A stretch of 62,257 bases of DNA, from the IMG/VR virus record IMGVR_UViG_3300034198_008248, positions 62,001 to 124,257 of that record, one strand, 5' to 3'. The DNA is from an uncultured virus (IMG/VR IMGVR_UViG_3300034198_008248) (Duplodnaviria; Heunggongvirae; Uroviricota; Caudoviricetes). Made by a program: the position numbers and the translations under genes. Shown piece by piece: positions 9,746 to 19,422 of the stretch (the stretch's first letter is position 1; each line of letters opens with the position of its first letter). The notes under the pieces are model-generated. The model worked only from the letters and a program-made list of their open reading frames with translations. It had not been told where the DNA came from and made no database searches.

Positions 9746-10267
9746 TTAAAAATTTCTGCTTAGGTGGAGTTCGGTTTCATCTCCATTATTTTGTTCATGT
9801 GATATATCAAATCCTTCTATTTTGGGAATTAAATATTTTTTATATAAAGAGGTTCGATTATTCCCCTTAGATGATATAGTTAATACTCTAACATCATAAT
9901 TATCACCATCATAATCTATGAAAGAATTTGTTATATCTATAATTGTTGCAAAGATTCTAAATGCATTCCCGGTTCCAGTCTTTTCAATATCCAATTGATA
10001 TTCACCATTTTCTCTTTGACCTTTGATCATTCCAAAAGCTATTTCCCAGTATGTATCATTATATCTATTTTGCCTAGCATACCACATATACGGTGTTCCA
10101 TTTTCAGTCTTAAAATGAATCATTTGAACAGGGTCTAATACATCTTTGGGATATTCTTCTCCATCATCATCCCAATCATCGATCACTTGCGATGTTTTAA
10201 ATGTATTCTTCCATGGGTATGGGTTATCCAAACTTTCAAATATAGTAAATAACTGATCAAACTTCAT
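9746..10267 (-). CDS. Hypothetical protein, probable internal head protein
   Basis: N-terminus MKFDQLFTIFES; TGTGNAFRIFATI...RTSLY motif; TAAATA-N6-ATG. Confidence 0.7.
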   Translation of the reverse strand: MKFDQLFTIFESLDNPYPWKNTFKTSQVIDDWDDDGEEYPKDVLDPVQMIHFKTENGTPYMWYARQNRYNDTYWEIAFGMIKGQRENGEYQLDIEKTGTGNAFRIFATIIDITNSFIDYDGDNYDVRVLTISSKGNNRTSLYKKYLIPKIEGFDISHEQNNGDETELHLSRNF

Positions 10268-10276
10268 ATTAAATAT

Positions 10277-10345
10277 TTAGTAATTATTCAATTCGTATAA
10301 TTTACTACCACAATCCCAAATCTTAAAATATTTTTCATTTTTCAT
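10277..10345 (-). pseudogene. Orphan copy of the C-terminus of the upstream endonuclease
   Basis: Translates MKNEKYFKIWDCGSKLYELNNY* versus MKREKYFKIWDCGSKLYEWTKF* at the end of 10363..11934. Confidence 0.85.
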
Positions 10346-10362
10346 TGGATATATGGGGGAGG

Positions 10363-11934
10363 TTAAAATTTAGTCCACTCATAAAGTTTTGACCCACAAT
10401 CCCAAATCTTAAAATATTTTTCTCTTTTCATTATTTCTTCTTCTGTCAGAGACTCATCGTAAGAAGGCATATCAACTAGCTTATGCTTTTGAAATTTGAC
10501 TCTGTGTTCTCTAGTTTTGAACGTTTTAGTATACCAATAGTTTGGTGTAGTATTTTTAACAAAAGTGAAGCCTATTTTATTATACATATCACCATTACTC
10601 CATCTTCGATCAGCATATGAATAGATTTTAGTGGGGTTTATATTTTTTATAAAATGAGCTAATAATTTACTCGCACCACCAACTACATTAAAATTAAAGA
10701 TCGTACAATATCTACCAAGTTCCCATTCCCCCTCTACGGGTTTGTGTCCAGTTGAAGTTCTTCCTTTATTAAATGTCATTACTGCAACGAGCCTATTTTT
10801 ATATGTTAAACCGTATTTATAAGAGGAACCTATAGCACCTTGAATGTGATATTTTTCCAAAAATTTACTACATATATTCGAATCCAATTCAATTATTTTA
10901 CATTTTCTGGCGTGTATTTTTCTCTTGTTTTGTCCAACTGAATTTTTAATTTTATTTAAAACTATTCGTTTCTTTACTGGATTATACATTTCATCATCAA
11001 ATATTGTAAATAATTTTATTCCATTCTCTTCGCATTCGTTTAGTTTATTAACATGATTTGGTTTTGCGTAACTAGGACCAGCGGTAGAGTGCCAATATAA
11101 CCCACATAGTTCTATTCCAAACATTTTATCTGGAACAAATAGATCTATTTCTTTACCAGATGGTAGCTTTCTGTATCGATATTTGTAATCCACCTCTAAT
11201 GATTCTAGCAATTCTTTACAAACAACTTCATGTTTAGATCCTGTAGGTTCGCAATAATTACATATAGGAGAACTTCCATTATCACATGAGGATATAAAAC
11301 TAGATTTACATTTATTACATGACCAAGGATATTGTTTATATCCTCTCACTCCACCGAATTCTTCTAATGAGAAAAGAGGTTTACAGTGGGTAAATTTTTT
11401 AATAAGATTGGTATATGATCTTTTTAGATGCGCCTCTTTTGTTTTAAGGATTTGTTCAGGAGAATTCTTTTTCCCTCTAACACTCTCTTTATATTCATCA
11501 GTCTGTGTGTAGTTTGATACACCATATTTTTCAATATTAGAATCTTTTATTTTTCTCTTACCCTCTTCACTAGCAAGATAATTACTTGTTCCATATTTTT
11601 CTAAGTTTGATTGCTTTCTGACTTCCACCACCTCAGAGAAATTATCAAATCTACATTTATTACTACAATACTTCATAAACTCCTTCGTGGTAGTATTAAA
11701 TTTTGTATCAAATCCACAGACACATTTAGGTGTTTCATAAATATCATTCAGATAACAATACAGCATTAATGTGTGTGATTTTTGTAGTTTAGTGTCTATT
11801 CTTTTTTTGATATGATCCAGAGCTTCCTTACCGATGATTAATTCAGTAAGCTTTGGTTTAAAAAATCTTAGAGATCCTTTGTATTGTTCCTTGGATACTT
11901 TTAGAAGTTTGTCTTTGATGTCGATATCTGTCAT
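10363..11934 (-). CDS. Free-standing homing endonuclease (Hef/Vsr-like nuclease, Zn ribbons, EKYG repeats, GNAT-like C-terminal domain)
   Basis: CVCG..YCSNKC, EKYG repeats, EIDLFVP..GIELCGLYWH, IHARKC..HIQG..VVGGASKL..SYADRRWS; located right after gp23. Confidence 0.75.
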   Translation of the reverse strand: MTDIDIKDKLLKVSKEQYKGSLRFFKPKLTELIIGKEALDHIKKRIDTKLQKSHTLMLYCYLNDIYETPKCVCGFDTKFNTTTKEFMKYCSNKCRFDNFSEVVEVRKQSNLEKYGTSNYLASEEGKRKIKDSNIEKYGVSNYTQTDEYKESVRGKKNSPEQILKTKEAHLKRSYTNLIKKFTHCKPLFSLEEFGGVRGYKQYPWSCNKCKSSFISSCDNGSSPICNYCEPTGSKHEVVCKELLESLEVDYKYRYRKLPSGKEIDLFVPDKMFGIELCGLYWHSTAGPSYAKPNHVNKLNECEENGIKLFTIFDDEMYNPVKKRIVLNKIKNSVGQNKRKIHARKCKIIELDSNICSKFLEKYHIQGAIGSSYKYGLTYKNRLVAVMTFNKGRTSTGHKPVEGEWELGRYCTIFNFNVVGGASKLLAHFIKNINPTKIYSYADRRWSNGDMYNKIGFTFVKNTTPNYWYTKTFKTREHRVKFQKHKLVDMPSYDESLTEEEIMKREKYFKIWDCGSKLYEWTKF

Positions 11935-11990
11935 AAGAGTATTTAACCATATGCTCCTAAAATGTCAACAAATATCGTTCCAGACACGAA

Positions 11991-12022
11991 GAAACCAGAG
12001 GATCTTCGGTTCCTCTGGTTTC
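11991..12022 (-). terminator. Terminator hairpin after gp23
   Basis: gaaaccagagga-tcttcggt-tcctctggtttc, 12-bp stem. Confidence 0.75.
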
Positions 12023-12071
12023 AATTTGATTCGTATTGTTACTAGGCTGTAACTAGTTGATTTGTAATGAC

Positions 12072-13547
12072 TTACAAATACACGCTAGTACTTCCGGGTG
12101 TAAACGCAACGCCTAGTCCCTTGACTACAATAATATGGTAATAAAGATTTGCACCGAAGATGTTGTTAACGATACCGTAACGGGTCATTAGACCAACGCG
12201 AGGTGTGAAGTTAACAGGATCGATAGCTCTTTGAACCATGATTGGAATATATGGACAATAGATTATTCCCGTATCATAATACTCAGAACCTTTATAACCC
12301 ATCAAGCAATACTCGACTGCATCAGTGCGAGTTGGACGATATCCATTGTCTCCGTATAGAGTTGAGTTCTGTGTCTCGGTACGAGTGTCACGATAAACGG
12401 TGAAACGAGATCCAACAGTACCAACTTTAGCGATACCAACACCAGCAGTAGAAACTGTGCCATTGATTTCGTATACCTTGAAGTCAGGAAGCATTTCGAG
12501 GATACTGCAAACGCGAGGAGTAGCGATAACAAAGTTAGCGGCACCTCTACGGTTACGAGCAGCCATACGACCAGCTTCGATTACAAGACGTTGATAGAAT
12601 GTAAGATTACGTTCAGCAGTCCAACGACCATCAGCACTTACTGGACTCCAGATGGAGATACCAGCACCATAACCAGCGTTAAACGCGGCTTGGATCATAC
12701 GCATAACAACTTCACGGTCGATTTCGGCTTGAATTTCATAAGACATAGCATTAGTAAGCTCGCCATCGATGTCGATGCCTTGCATATTTTTGATATCTTG
12801 TTCAAGTTCGATAGACCAACGGGTAGCAAGTCTGCGAGTTCCAGCTTCGACTGAGGTTTTTTCAAACTTCATTTCGATTTGTGGAATACGACCAGTGTTC
12901 TCGTAGTTTTCGAGTAGTTGTGCGACACCTGTATCTTGTAGACTGAAGCCCCATTCTGCGTGACCACTTAAGGCAGCAGAGCTAACACCAGTAAAACGAG
13001 TATCAAGAAGTTGATAGCCAAGTTCCGAGGACGGGACAGTGGATAGAGACGGACTTGTAGGACCGTTTCCACCATATCCAAGACCTGGGTTTGTGCCACG
13101 AGTTCCAACACTTGTTTGACCAACGTGATCGGTTTCATTTAGGAAGTTTGATTGATATGCATAACGCAGAGCGAAAGCTAGACCAACCGGACCACCCATA
13201 GGTTGAACACCGCAAATCTCGTTGGAGATAAGTTCAGGGAAAGTACGACGAATCATAGGAATGAGAATCTTAGGAAGGCGGGAGTCTCCAGTAGCATATC
13301 CGTCAGCTTTGACAAGACCTTGTGTTGCATTGGCCCCAGCAGTAGCTCCGAAAATACCAGCAGAAGAGTTTCCAGCTTCTTCGATACACCATCTTTCTTG
13401 GTTTTCTAATAGCATCGCAGTTGTCTTATAGACATGCTCGTTTTGAATGGCTGGGATAGAATTACTTTCGTAATCTAGAACCTTAGCCCATTTTCTAACA
13501 AGCCCTTGAATTTTGCTTTCATTACCAGTTTGTGGAATTTCTTTCAT
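12072..13547 (-). CDS. gp23: Major capsid protein
   Basis: LLENQE, MIRRTFPELISNEICGVQPMGGPVG, WSIELEQD, EIQAEIDRE, YCPYIP, GLMTRYG. Confidence 0.97.
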   Translation of the reverse strand: MKEIPQTGNESKIQGLVRKWAKVLDYESNSIPAIQNEHVYKTTAMLLENQERWCIEEAGNSSAGIFGATAGANATQGLVKADGYATGDSRLPKILIPMIRRTFPELISNEICGVQPMGGPVGLAFALRYAYQSNFLNETDHVGQTSVGTRGTNPGLGYGGNGPTSPSLSTVPSSELGYQLLDTRFTGVSSAALSGHAEWGFSLQDTGVAQLLENYENTGRIPQIEMKFEKTSVEAGTRRLATRWSIELEQDIKNMQGIDIDGELTNAMSYEIQAEIDREVVMRMIQAAFNAGYGAGISIWSPVSADGRWTAERNLTFYQRLVIEAGRMAARNRRGAANFVIATPRVCSILEMLPDFKVYEINGTVSTAGVGIAKVGTVGSRFTVYRDTRTETQNSTLYGDNGYRPTRTDAVEYCLMGYKGSEYYDTGIIYCPYIPIMVQRAIDPVNFTPRVGLMTRYGIVNNIFGANLYYHIIVVKGLGVAFTPGSTSVYL

Positions 13548-13615
13548 ATAATTTTATTTCTTTCTATATTTGTTCAGGTCATTGTGACCTCATAAGCGTT
13601 GTGAGATTTTTAGAC

Positions 13616-14512
13616 TTAGGATACTTTTTTGGTCCCCCAAGTTTTGGAAAGCTCTGAGATATACATGTCACCATGGCTATCATCATTATTATTTAGTGAT
13701 TCTTCTACAATTTTTTGTCTAGGAACCACATCGGGCTTGACAGACCGATTATTGATTGCTTCTTCTTTAAGAGTTACAAGTTTTTCTTTCTCTTGTTTCT
13801 CAAATAGACGAAGCGTATAATCAAAGTTTTCATTAATAAACTTAACAGATTTACCATCTAGAGCTTTACGGATAAAGTTCTTTTTGGTTTCTGGTAGTTT
13901 AGCAGTTTTCTCTTCTAGAAGAGACTTAACCTGAACCTTTTCATAAGATTCGGTTAACTTATTAAGTTTACCTTTGAGTGAGTTGTTTTCTTCTTCTAAC
14001 TTATCGATTCTATTTTTACCATCTAGAACAGCACCTTTAATAGAATTATTGACCATAGCAACATCAACACCCAGAACTGCTCTCATGTTCTCAAGAACAT
14101 TATAAGCGGATTTGTTTTTAACAGCTTGGGCAATATCTTGAGCATCGACTGCTTCAGCGATGTATGCGTCAATGAATTGTCCAACAGTTTCAACGATTTG
14201 TTTTTTGAAATTTTTAGCACCTTTATCTAAGTCCTTATTGATCTTACGCTCATAAAGTTTAACTACCTTAACGAGTTTAGATGCATTGTTCTTATCAACG
14301 GCTTCAACCAGACGCTTCATTTTCTTAGTGCGATCTTTATCAAGCACAGTGATAAGTGATTTTAGTTTATCAGCATATTGATCATCCTGTTCGATCAATG
14401 CAGCTTCTACTGCAAGTTCAACTTTGGAATCAAAAGCTTCTTGAATGGCATTCAAAGATTCTTCGGTTAGAATCTTTTGAACATCTTCTGAAAACAGATT
14501 TTTAAGGCTCAT
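13616..14512 (-). CDS. gp22: Prohead core/scaffolding protein
   Basis: Coiled-coil, E/K-rich; syntenic between gp21 and gp23. Confidence 0.8.
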   Translation of the reverse strand: MSLKNLFSEDVQKILTEESLNAIQEAFDSKVELAVEAALIEQDDQYADKLKSLITVLDKDRTKKMKRLVEAVDKNNASKLVKVVKLYERKINKDLDKGAKNFKKQIVETVGQFIDAYIAEAVDAQDIAQAVKNKSAYNVLENMRAVLGVDVAMVNNSIKGAVLDGKNRIDKLEEENNSLKGKLNKLTESYEKVQVKSLLEEKTAKLPETKKNFIRKALDGKSVKFINENFDYTLRLFEKQEKEKLVTLKEEAINNRSVKPDVVPRQKIVEESLNNNDDSHGDMYISELSKTWGTKKVS

Positions 14513-14533
14513 AGATATATTTAGTCTTTTGTA

Positions 14534-15154
14534 TTAAAATAATGGTGTATTTAACTCAGCTTTAATTTTTTTAGCTAGTTTTTGTTCTACTATCCTTTTA
14601 AGATAGTCATCAGCTTTAGAATAATTTTTAGAAAGAACGGAATTAACAAATCTATGTATAGTTGCGTTTTCCTCATAGGACTCCTTTACACAGTTAGGGA
14701 CTTTTCTATCACCTTTCTTTTTCATTCCTTTTTTCACGTAACCCTTCCAACAGGATTTAGATTCTTCATCTTCATCATTCTTGTTTTTTCTATTATAAGA
14801 ACCTTTACCTTTTTTGGGTGTTTCTACTTTAGTCGCTGGAGCGAATTTTTTACGATCCTTCACGTTGGGTCCTTTGAATGTGACCTTTCCTGATTTCTTC
14901 ATTTGTTTAGAAAGTGATTGTTCGTCTTCTTCTCCTTTTCGAATAGTATCTCTGGAAGGCTTTTTGGATTTATTTTGTTTTTTGATATTGCTACCAATTT
15001 CTTTATCGTCATACAAATTTCCTAAATTAGCTGGTTTGCGTTTTCCTCTTACTGGGACACCCTCTTCCTTGGCTTTACCAAACTCCTTTTTCTCTTGTTG
15101 AGATTTAGGATGTCTAAGCCACTTGGGTTGTTCTTTTTTCTTAGAATTGCTCAT
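14534..15154 (-). CDS. Basic modular head-region protein (RHPK..RGKR..YDD module, ArfA-like KKGKGSY module, CWKGY..VPNCV module, helical C-terminus)
   Basis: Modules separated by acidic EEDEQ/EDEES/ESYEE linkers; between gp21 and gp22; late promoter. Confidence 0.7.
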   Translation of the reverse strand: MSNSKKKEQPKWLRHPKSQQEKKEFGKAKEEGVPVRGKRKPANLGNLYDDKEIGSNIKKQNKSKKPSRDTIRKGEEDEQSLSKQMKKSGKVTFKGPNVKDRKKFAPATKVETPKKGKGSYNRKNKNDEDEESKSCWKGYVKKGMKKKGDRKVPNCVKESYEENATIHRFVNSVLSKNYSKADDYLKRIVEQKLAKKIKAELNTPLF

Positions 15155-15162
15155 AATAGTAT

Positions 15163-15834
15163 TTAATTAAGAGAGTTGATAAATTTTATAACTTGTTCAC
15201 GTAGATAAGAATCAGCATCTTTTCTTGGAATTTTTGAGATACCCTTATCAAATCGAGAATAAAATTCTTCATATTTTCCATTATCGCCGATAACAAACTC
15301 ACGAGATTCCAAAATTCCGTTAACAAATGCTGTTGGGAAACTTGGGTCGGCTACCATATCCCAAGCAACAATATGTAAATTCCTGACGATATTATGATCG
15401 GTTGACTCTTCTAAGGTTCCCAAAGATCTAGTAGAAACTCCAAGCGATACACCTTGATTAATCAAACCTTTAACCAAATTACCAATTGGTAAACCTTCTC
15501 CTGATAAAATTTTAGATTTACCATACCAAGTCCCATTGTCTTCATATAACTTAGTTACCATATGACAGGCACGTTCTGGATTTACCTCACTGGTGCTACT
15601 GTGATTCAATTCACCCATCGATCTATTGGTATTAACCATTTCATTAATGTATCTCGAAATATCTCTATCTAATTCTTCTTTAGGATATACACGTTTGTTT
15701 TTATTTTTCGCAACACCTGTGTATGGTCCTTGAATATATAGAGTGCTCCCTGTTCCAAGTTTGTTTTGTTCTTCTACAATTTCCATACCATCGAAGATGT
15801 TTTGGTCTGGATACATCAATTTTAATCGTAACAT
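15163..15834 (-). CDS. gp21: Prohead core protease
   Basis: NKNKRVYP, GELNH, GVSTRSLG, DMVADPS..AFVNGILES. Confidence 0.95.
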   Translation of the reverse strand: MLRLKLMYPDQNIFDGMEIVEEQNKLGTGSTLYIQGPYTGVAKNKNKRVYPKEELDRDISRYINEMVNTNRSMGELNHSSTSEVNPERACHMVTKLYEDNGTWYGKSKILSGEGLPIGNLVKGLINQGVSLGVSTRSLGTLEESTDHNIVRNLHIVAWDMVADPSFPTAFVNGILESREFVIGDNGKYEEFYSRFDKGISKIPRKDADSYLREQVIKFINSLN

Positions 15835-15850
15835 ACTATTATTTACACAT

Positions 15851-16339
15851 TTAAATTAAGAAATCTAATTTTACAGGGTAAAATCCATCCTTTTTAGTAT
15901 AAGCCAACAATAAAAACTCCATATCATTCTTTTCACAGAACTTTATAGCGTATTTCCACTTAGCGTTGTTTGTTACCCAAGTTGATTGTTCAACCAATAA
16001 AGCTGATTTTTTCTTCTTGGATCGGGGATCTGGTTTAACAGTTTCTCTTTCAGACTTAAGTTCTATCAGATATTTTTTAATCTTGTCACCTTCTCTGATT
16101 TCAACATAATTATCTGTAAAATATGTTCGATCTTTCCTTTTAACAGGATCGTAGTATTTTACAGTTACACCCTCACTACTCCATCTTAGAACATTATCAT
16201 TCGAATCTAACCATCTCATGAATTCTAATTCAATACCAGATCTATACATCGGAACATCTTGACCGATTAATTTACTCTCATTTTTTGGATGAAAATATCC
16301 TTGTTTGAATTTACAATTTCTTGGAGATGGATTTATCAT
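15851..16339 (-). CDS. gp4: Head completion nuclease (TnsA-like)
   Basis: FKQGYFHPKN, YRSGIE..W.D...WSSE, YFTD, IELK. Confidence 0.88.
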   Translation of the reverse strand: MINPSPRNCKFKQGYFHPKNESKLIGQDVPMYRSGIELEFMRWLDSNDNVLRWSSEGVTVKYYDPVKRKDRTYFTDNYVEIREGDKIKKYLIELKSERETVKPDPRSKKKKSALLVEQSTWVTNNAKWKYAIKFCEKNDMEFLLLAYTKKDGFYPVKLDFLI

Positions 16340-16346
16340 TCGTTAA

Positions 16347-16718
16347 TTAAGGGTTCTCCTCTGGTAAAACAATATGTTCTTCTTCAGGATATACAATTTT
16401 AAATAACCCATCCTCACCCAAAACAACGGGTTTTCTCATACCTATTGAAGCAATGGAATCAACTCCTCTTTGATTGAGAATAAAATTAATCCCATTGGCT
16501 GTCTCTGCATGTTTTTGGAATATATTATTCATTTCGACAGGACCTTTCTGGTTCATCATCTCGATCAATAGATTGTCTTCAGTTTCCCAAAATATATCCA
16601 TTGCTTTATTGAGATTAAATGCAGCAGATTTGATATTGTTGATAAGAAGTTCTAATTGATCATTGATTTCAATAAGACGTTTTTCTGTTTCGGTTTTATC
16701 AGGTAATATAGTTATCAT
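16347..16718 (-). CDS. Hypothetical protein downstream of the fibre gene
   Basis: 123-aa ORF tightly packed behind 16721..19387. Confidence 0.65.
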   Translation of the reverse strand: MITILPDKTETEKRLIEINDQLELLINNIKSAAFNLNKAMDIFWETEDNLLIEMMNQKGPVEMNNIFQKHAETANGINFILNQRGVDSIASIGMRKPVVLGEDGLFKIVYPEEEHIVLPEENP

Positions 16719-16720
16719 GA

Positions 16721-19387
16721 TTAGTTATTGCATCTTGTTATGGATAAAAAGCTCCCGATATCCAATGTAGTATTAGCAGCGGCAACAGCATTTGTTTGGG
16801 CGATTTGAACTGATATCGTTCCCGCTGACGTAACTACCAGTTTACCCTTTCTCCAAGTTACTTGTGATCTATTCGATGGTGCTGATTCAACTAATACATT
16901 TCTTGATACTAAAGCATTCACAACAGAACCTGCCGTTGTAGCATTATCCAAGATTCTATAAGTGGTTCCTGTGGCTGTCGCGGTGCCAGTAAAGTTAATA
17001 CGATCTTTAACACCAGAGGTTGCGTAAGAGGCGTTGCCGTTGTGGATTAAAATACAATCAATGTAATAAGTGCCTACAGGAAGATCAAATGTTAGATCAG
17101 GGACGTTTTTATACGTTGTTGTATTAACATCTGAATCGAATTGTGCGGATAATGCTCCAATATAAGATGTTGCATAAGCTGTGTCTCCTAATTGTTTTGT
17201 CAGAACATCATTAGGTGATAATGCGCTTAACAGTCCTTGACCATTAGCGGTTATCTTACCTGTAGCTGTAGTAGTTCCAAGCAAAGTGGTGTTACCCGAT
17301 ACATTAAATGTCCCATTAACGTCTAGTCTAGTTGATGGGGATGAAGTTCCTATGCCTACGTTACCCTGTATAATAGCTCCATTTGTAGGTGCTGTAAGAA
17401 GAGTGTAGCTTGTTCCGACAACCATGTTCCCATTTACTACAAATTTCGAAGTTATATTGCCAACATAAGGTCCCACAGCTAGCCCACCGCCACCCCTGCC
17501 GACATACAGTGTTTGAGAACTATTTAAATTAATGTTAGGAATAGAAAAATGAGTTCCATAGAAAAGTGTGCTTCCAAATGGTCCATCCAAAGTTAGCAAA
17601 ACTGATTCCTCAGTTTTATCGTCTCTTATGTAAAGCCCGCCTCGGTTATTAAACTGTGAGTAGGTTGTTGCATCAAAATTGAATTCAGCAAGATTCGCAG
17701 TTTGGGACGCTGCACCCTGAACAATTAAACCCTTAGTTGCGGCAGAAATGGATAACACATCAAGCCTAGCAGTAGGTGATATAGTGCCTATACCAACTCT
17801 ATTATTAACACTATCAACAAATAATGTGTTAGAATCTACTGTAAGATTATTAGTTACAGATAAACCACCTGTGACAGTTCCACCAGACAATGGTAGATAA
17901 TCCATCGGTGGATTAATCCAAGAAGCACTATTAGATTGAACTGTGGTGTAAGTATTTTGCCAATTTCCTGATAATGTGGATACATCTGAACCCCCACCTC
18001 CAACAGTAATACCCAAATAATTAGATGCTGATATTGTTCCTACTACGGTCAAGTCTCCATTCATCATCCCACCATCAGCAAATTGTTGAGCGACTGAACC
18101 ACCACCAGAATAAACAGCGATATATTTTCTTAAATCTGTTTTATAATTTTCGAATTTATTATGGATGATAGAATCATATTCCTTTTTGAGTTTATCTAGA
18201 TTGACTTTTTCTGGATCTTTTTTCTTAGATTCTAAAATATATTCGACTGGTTTTTCTTTAGGAATTTTTTTGATTTCCTCCAACAAATCCATTTTAGATT
18301 TATTGACCAAATCAATAATATATTTTCTAGATTCCTCTGTTACATCGAATGTTTTTTCTTGAATGTTTACGATTCGTTCATCAAAATATTTTTCGATATC
18401 AGATAATTGACTCTCAATTTTTTCATTGATTTCCTTATCAATTTTTTCAACTAAAGTTTTGACATTGCCAGCACGGCTGAGTGCTTTGTTTACCCCTTTA
18501 TTTATATTATCATTGAGTTCAATATTAGCCTTTTGAATAACTGATAATTCTTTAGAAACACTTTCCACTAAAGTTTTTTCAGCTTTGCTTCCCAATTTTC
18601 CTTCCAAATTTGATTCTATAGAAGAAACTTTCTCGACTATTTGTAAGGCAATTTCATTTAAATCCTTTTCCAATTTCGGATAAACGCTTTCGTTGTATAG
18701 CCTTTTGATGAGAGATTTGATTTTTGTGTCAAAAATCAATGAAGCATTTTTGAAGTCCTTTTTTAATTCAAGCTTCAAATCTTCCTTAATATCAGAAGCT
18801 CTATTATCAAACCCGTCTTTTAGTTCATAATAATTGTTGCTATATTCCTTTAATATCTCACCCTTCAGTTTATCAGAAATATTAGTAAATTCACTGACCA
18901 AACTCTCTCTAGCTTTCTCTAAGACATTTTTAAGAAGCTTATTGTTTTTCTTGGATTCGGATGAAAGTTCATTAGCTTCCAAGATCTTGGCTCTTTTTAT
19001 AGCCTTTCTAGCTTCCTCTTTAGCTCTCTCTATTTGCTCCAAAATTTCCTGTTTAGATTCAGATAGTGTATCTTCATCTATATTATCAGTTTCCAAAACA
19101 AAATCTTCGTGGTCTATAGGTAATTCAATATTTGACTCGTTGAACAGAATCTCGGATTGTCCTTTGATGAGGACAAATGGATATAATACTTCCTCTCCTT
19201 CAACAATGATAGGAATTTGAACCACTGGATGTCCCTTATAATCAGAGATTTTTTCTAGTGGATATTTCTGTTCATTTAGTTCAACCTCAAAAACACCAAA
19301 GAAAATTTCTTCAAAATTTTCAACCTGTATGATGTTTAGTGGAGAATTTGTTGAAGTATGGTTAACTTCTTCGCCAAATAATTTCAT
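16721..19387 (-). CDS. Coiled-coil plus fibre/adhesin-like virion protein
   Basis: Long K/E coiled-coil, GGGSVAQQFADGG hinge, YLPLSGGT and VGIGT fibre repeats, T/A-rich C-terminal domain. Confidence 0.7.
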   Translation of the reverse strand: MKLFGEEVNHTSTNSPLNIIQVENFEEIFFGVFEVELNEQKYPLEKISDYKGHPVVQIPIIVEGEEVLYPFVLIKGQSEILFNESNIELPIDHEDFVLETDNIDEDTLSESKQEILEQIERAKEEARKAIKRAKILEANELSSESKKNNKLLKNVLEKARESLVSEFTNISDKLKGEILKEYSNNYYELKDGFDNRASDIKEDLKLELKKDFKNASLIFDTKIKSLIKRLYNESVYPKLEKDLNEIALQIVEKVSSIESNLEGKLGSKAEKTLVESVSKELSVIQKANIELNDNINKGVNKALSRAGNVKTLVEKIDKEINEKIESQLSDIEKYFDERIVNIQEKTFDVTEESRKYIIDLVNKSKMDLLEEIKKIPKEKPVEYILESKKKDPEKVNLDKLKKEYDSIIHNKFENYKTDLRKYIAVYSGGGSVAQQFADGGMMNGDLTVVGTISASNYLGITVGGGGSDVSTLSGNWQNTYTTVQSNSASWINPPMDYLPLSGGTVTGGLSVTNNLTVDSNTLFVDSVNNRVGIGTISPTARLDVLSISAATKGLIVQGAASQTANLAEFNFDATTYSQFNNRGGLYIRDDKTEESVLLTLDGPFGSTLFYGTHFSIPNINLNSSQTLYVGRGGGGLAVGPYVGNITSKFVVNGNMVVGTSYTLLTAPTNGAIIQGNVGIGTSSPSTRLDVNGTFNVSGNTTLLGTTTATGKITANGQGLLSALSPNDVLTKQLGDTAYATSYIGALSAQFDSDVNTTTYKNVPDLTFDLPVGTYYIDCILIHNGNASYATSGVKDRINFTGTATATGTTYRILDNATTAGSVVNALVSRNVLVESAPSNRSQVTWRKGKLVVTSAGTISVQIAQTNAVAAANTTLDIGSFLSITRCNN

Positions 19388-19422
19388 TCGAGATTATTTA
19401 GTCAAATGGAATATTTTGTCAA

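Noticed and set aside
10277..10431. DGR template/variable repeat pair
   Set aside because: Differences are synonymous and not adenine-specific, and there is no reverse transcriptase in the window.
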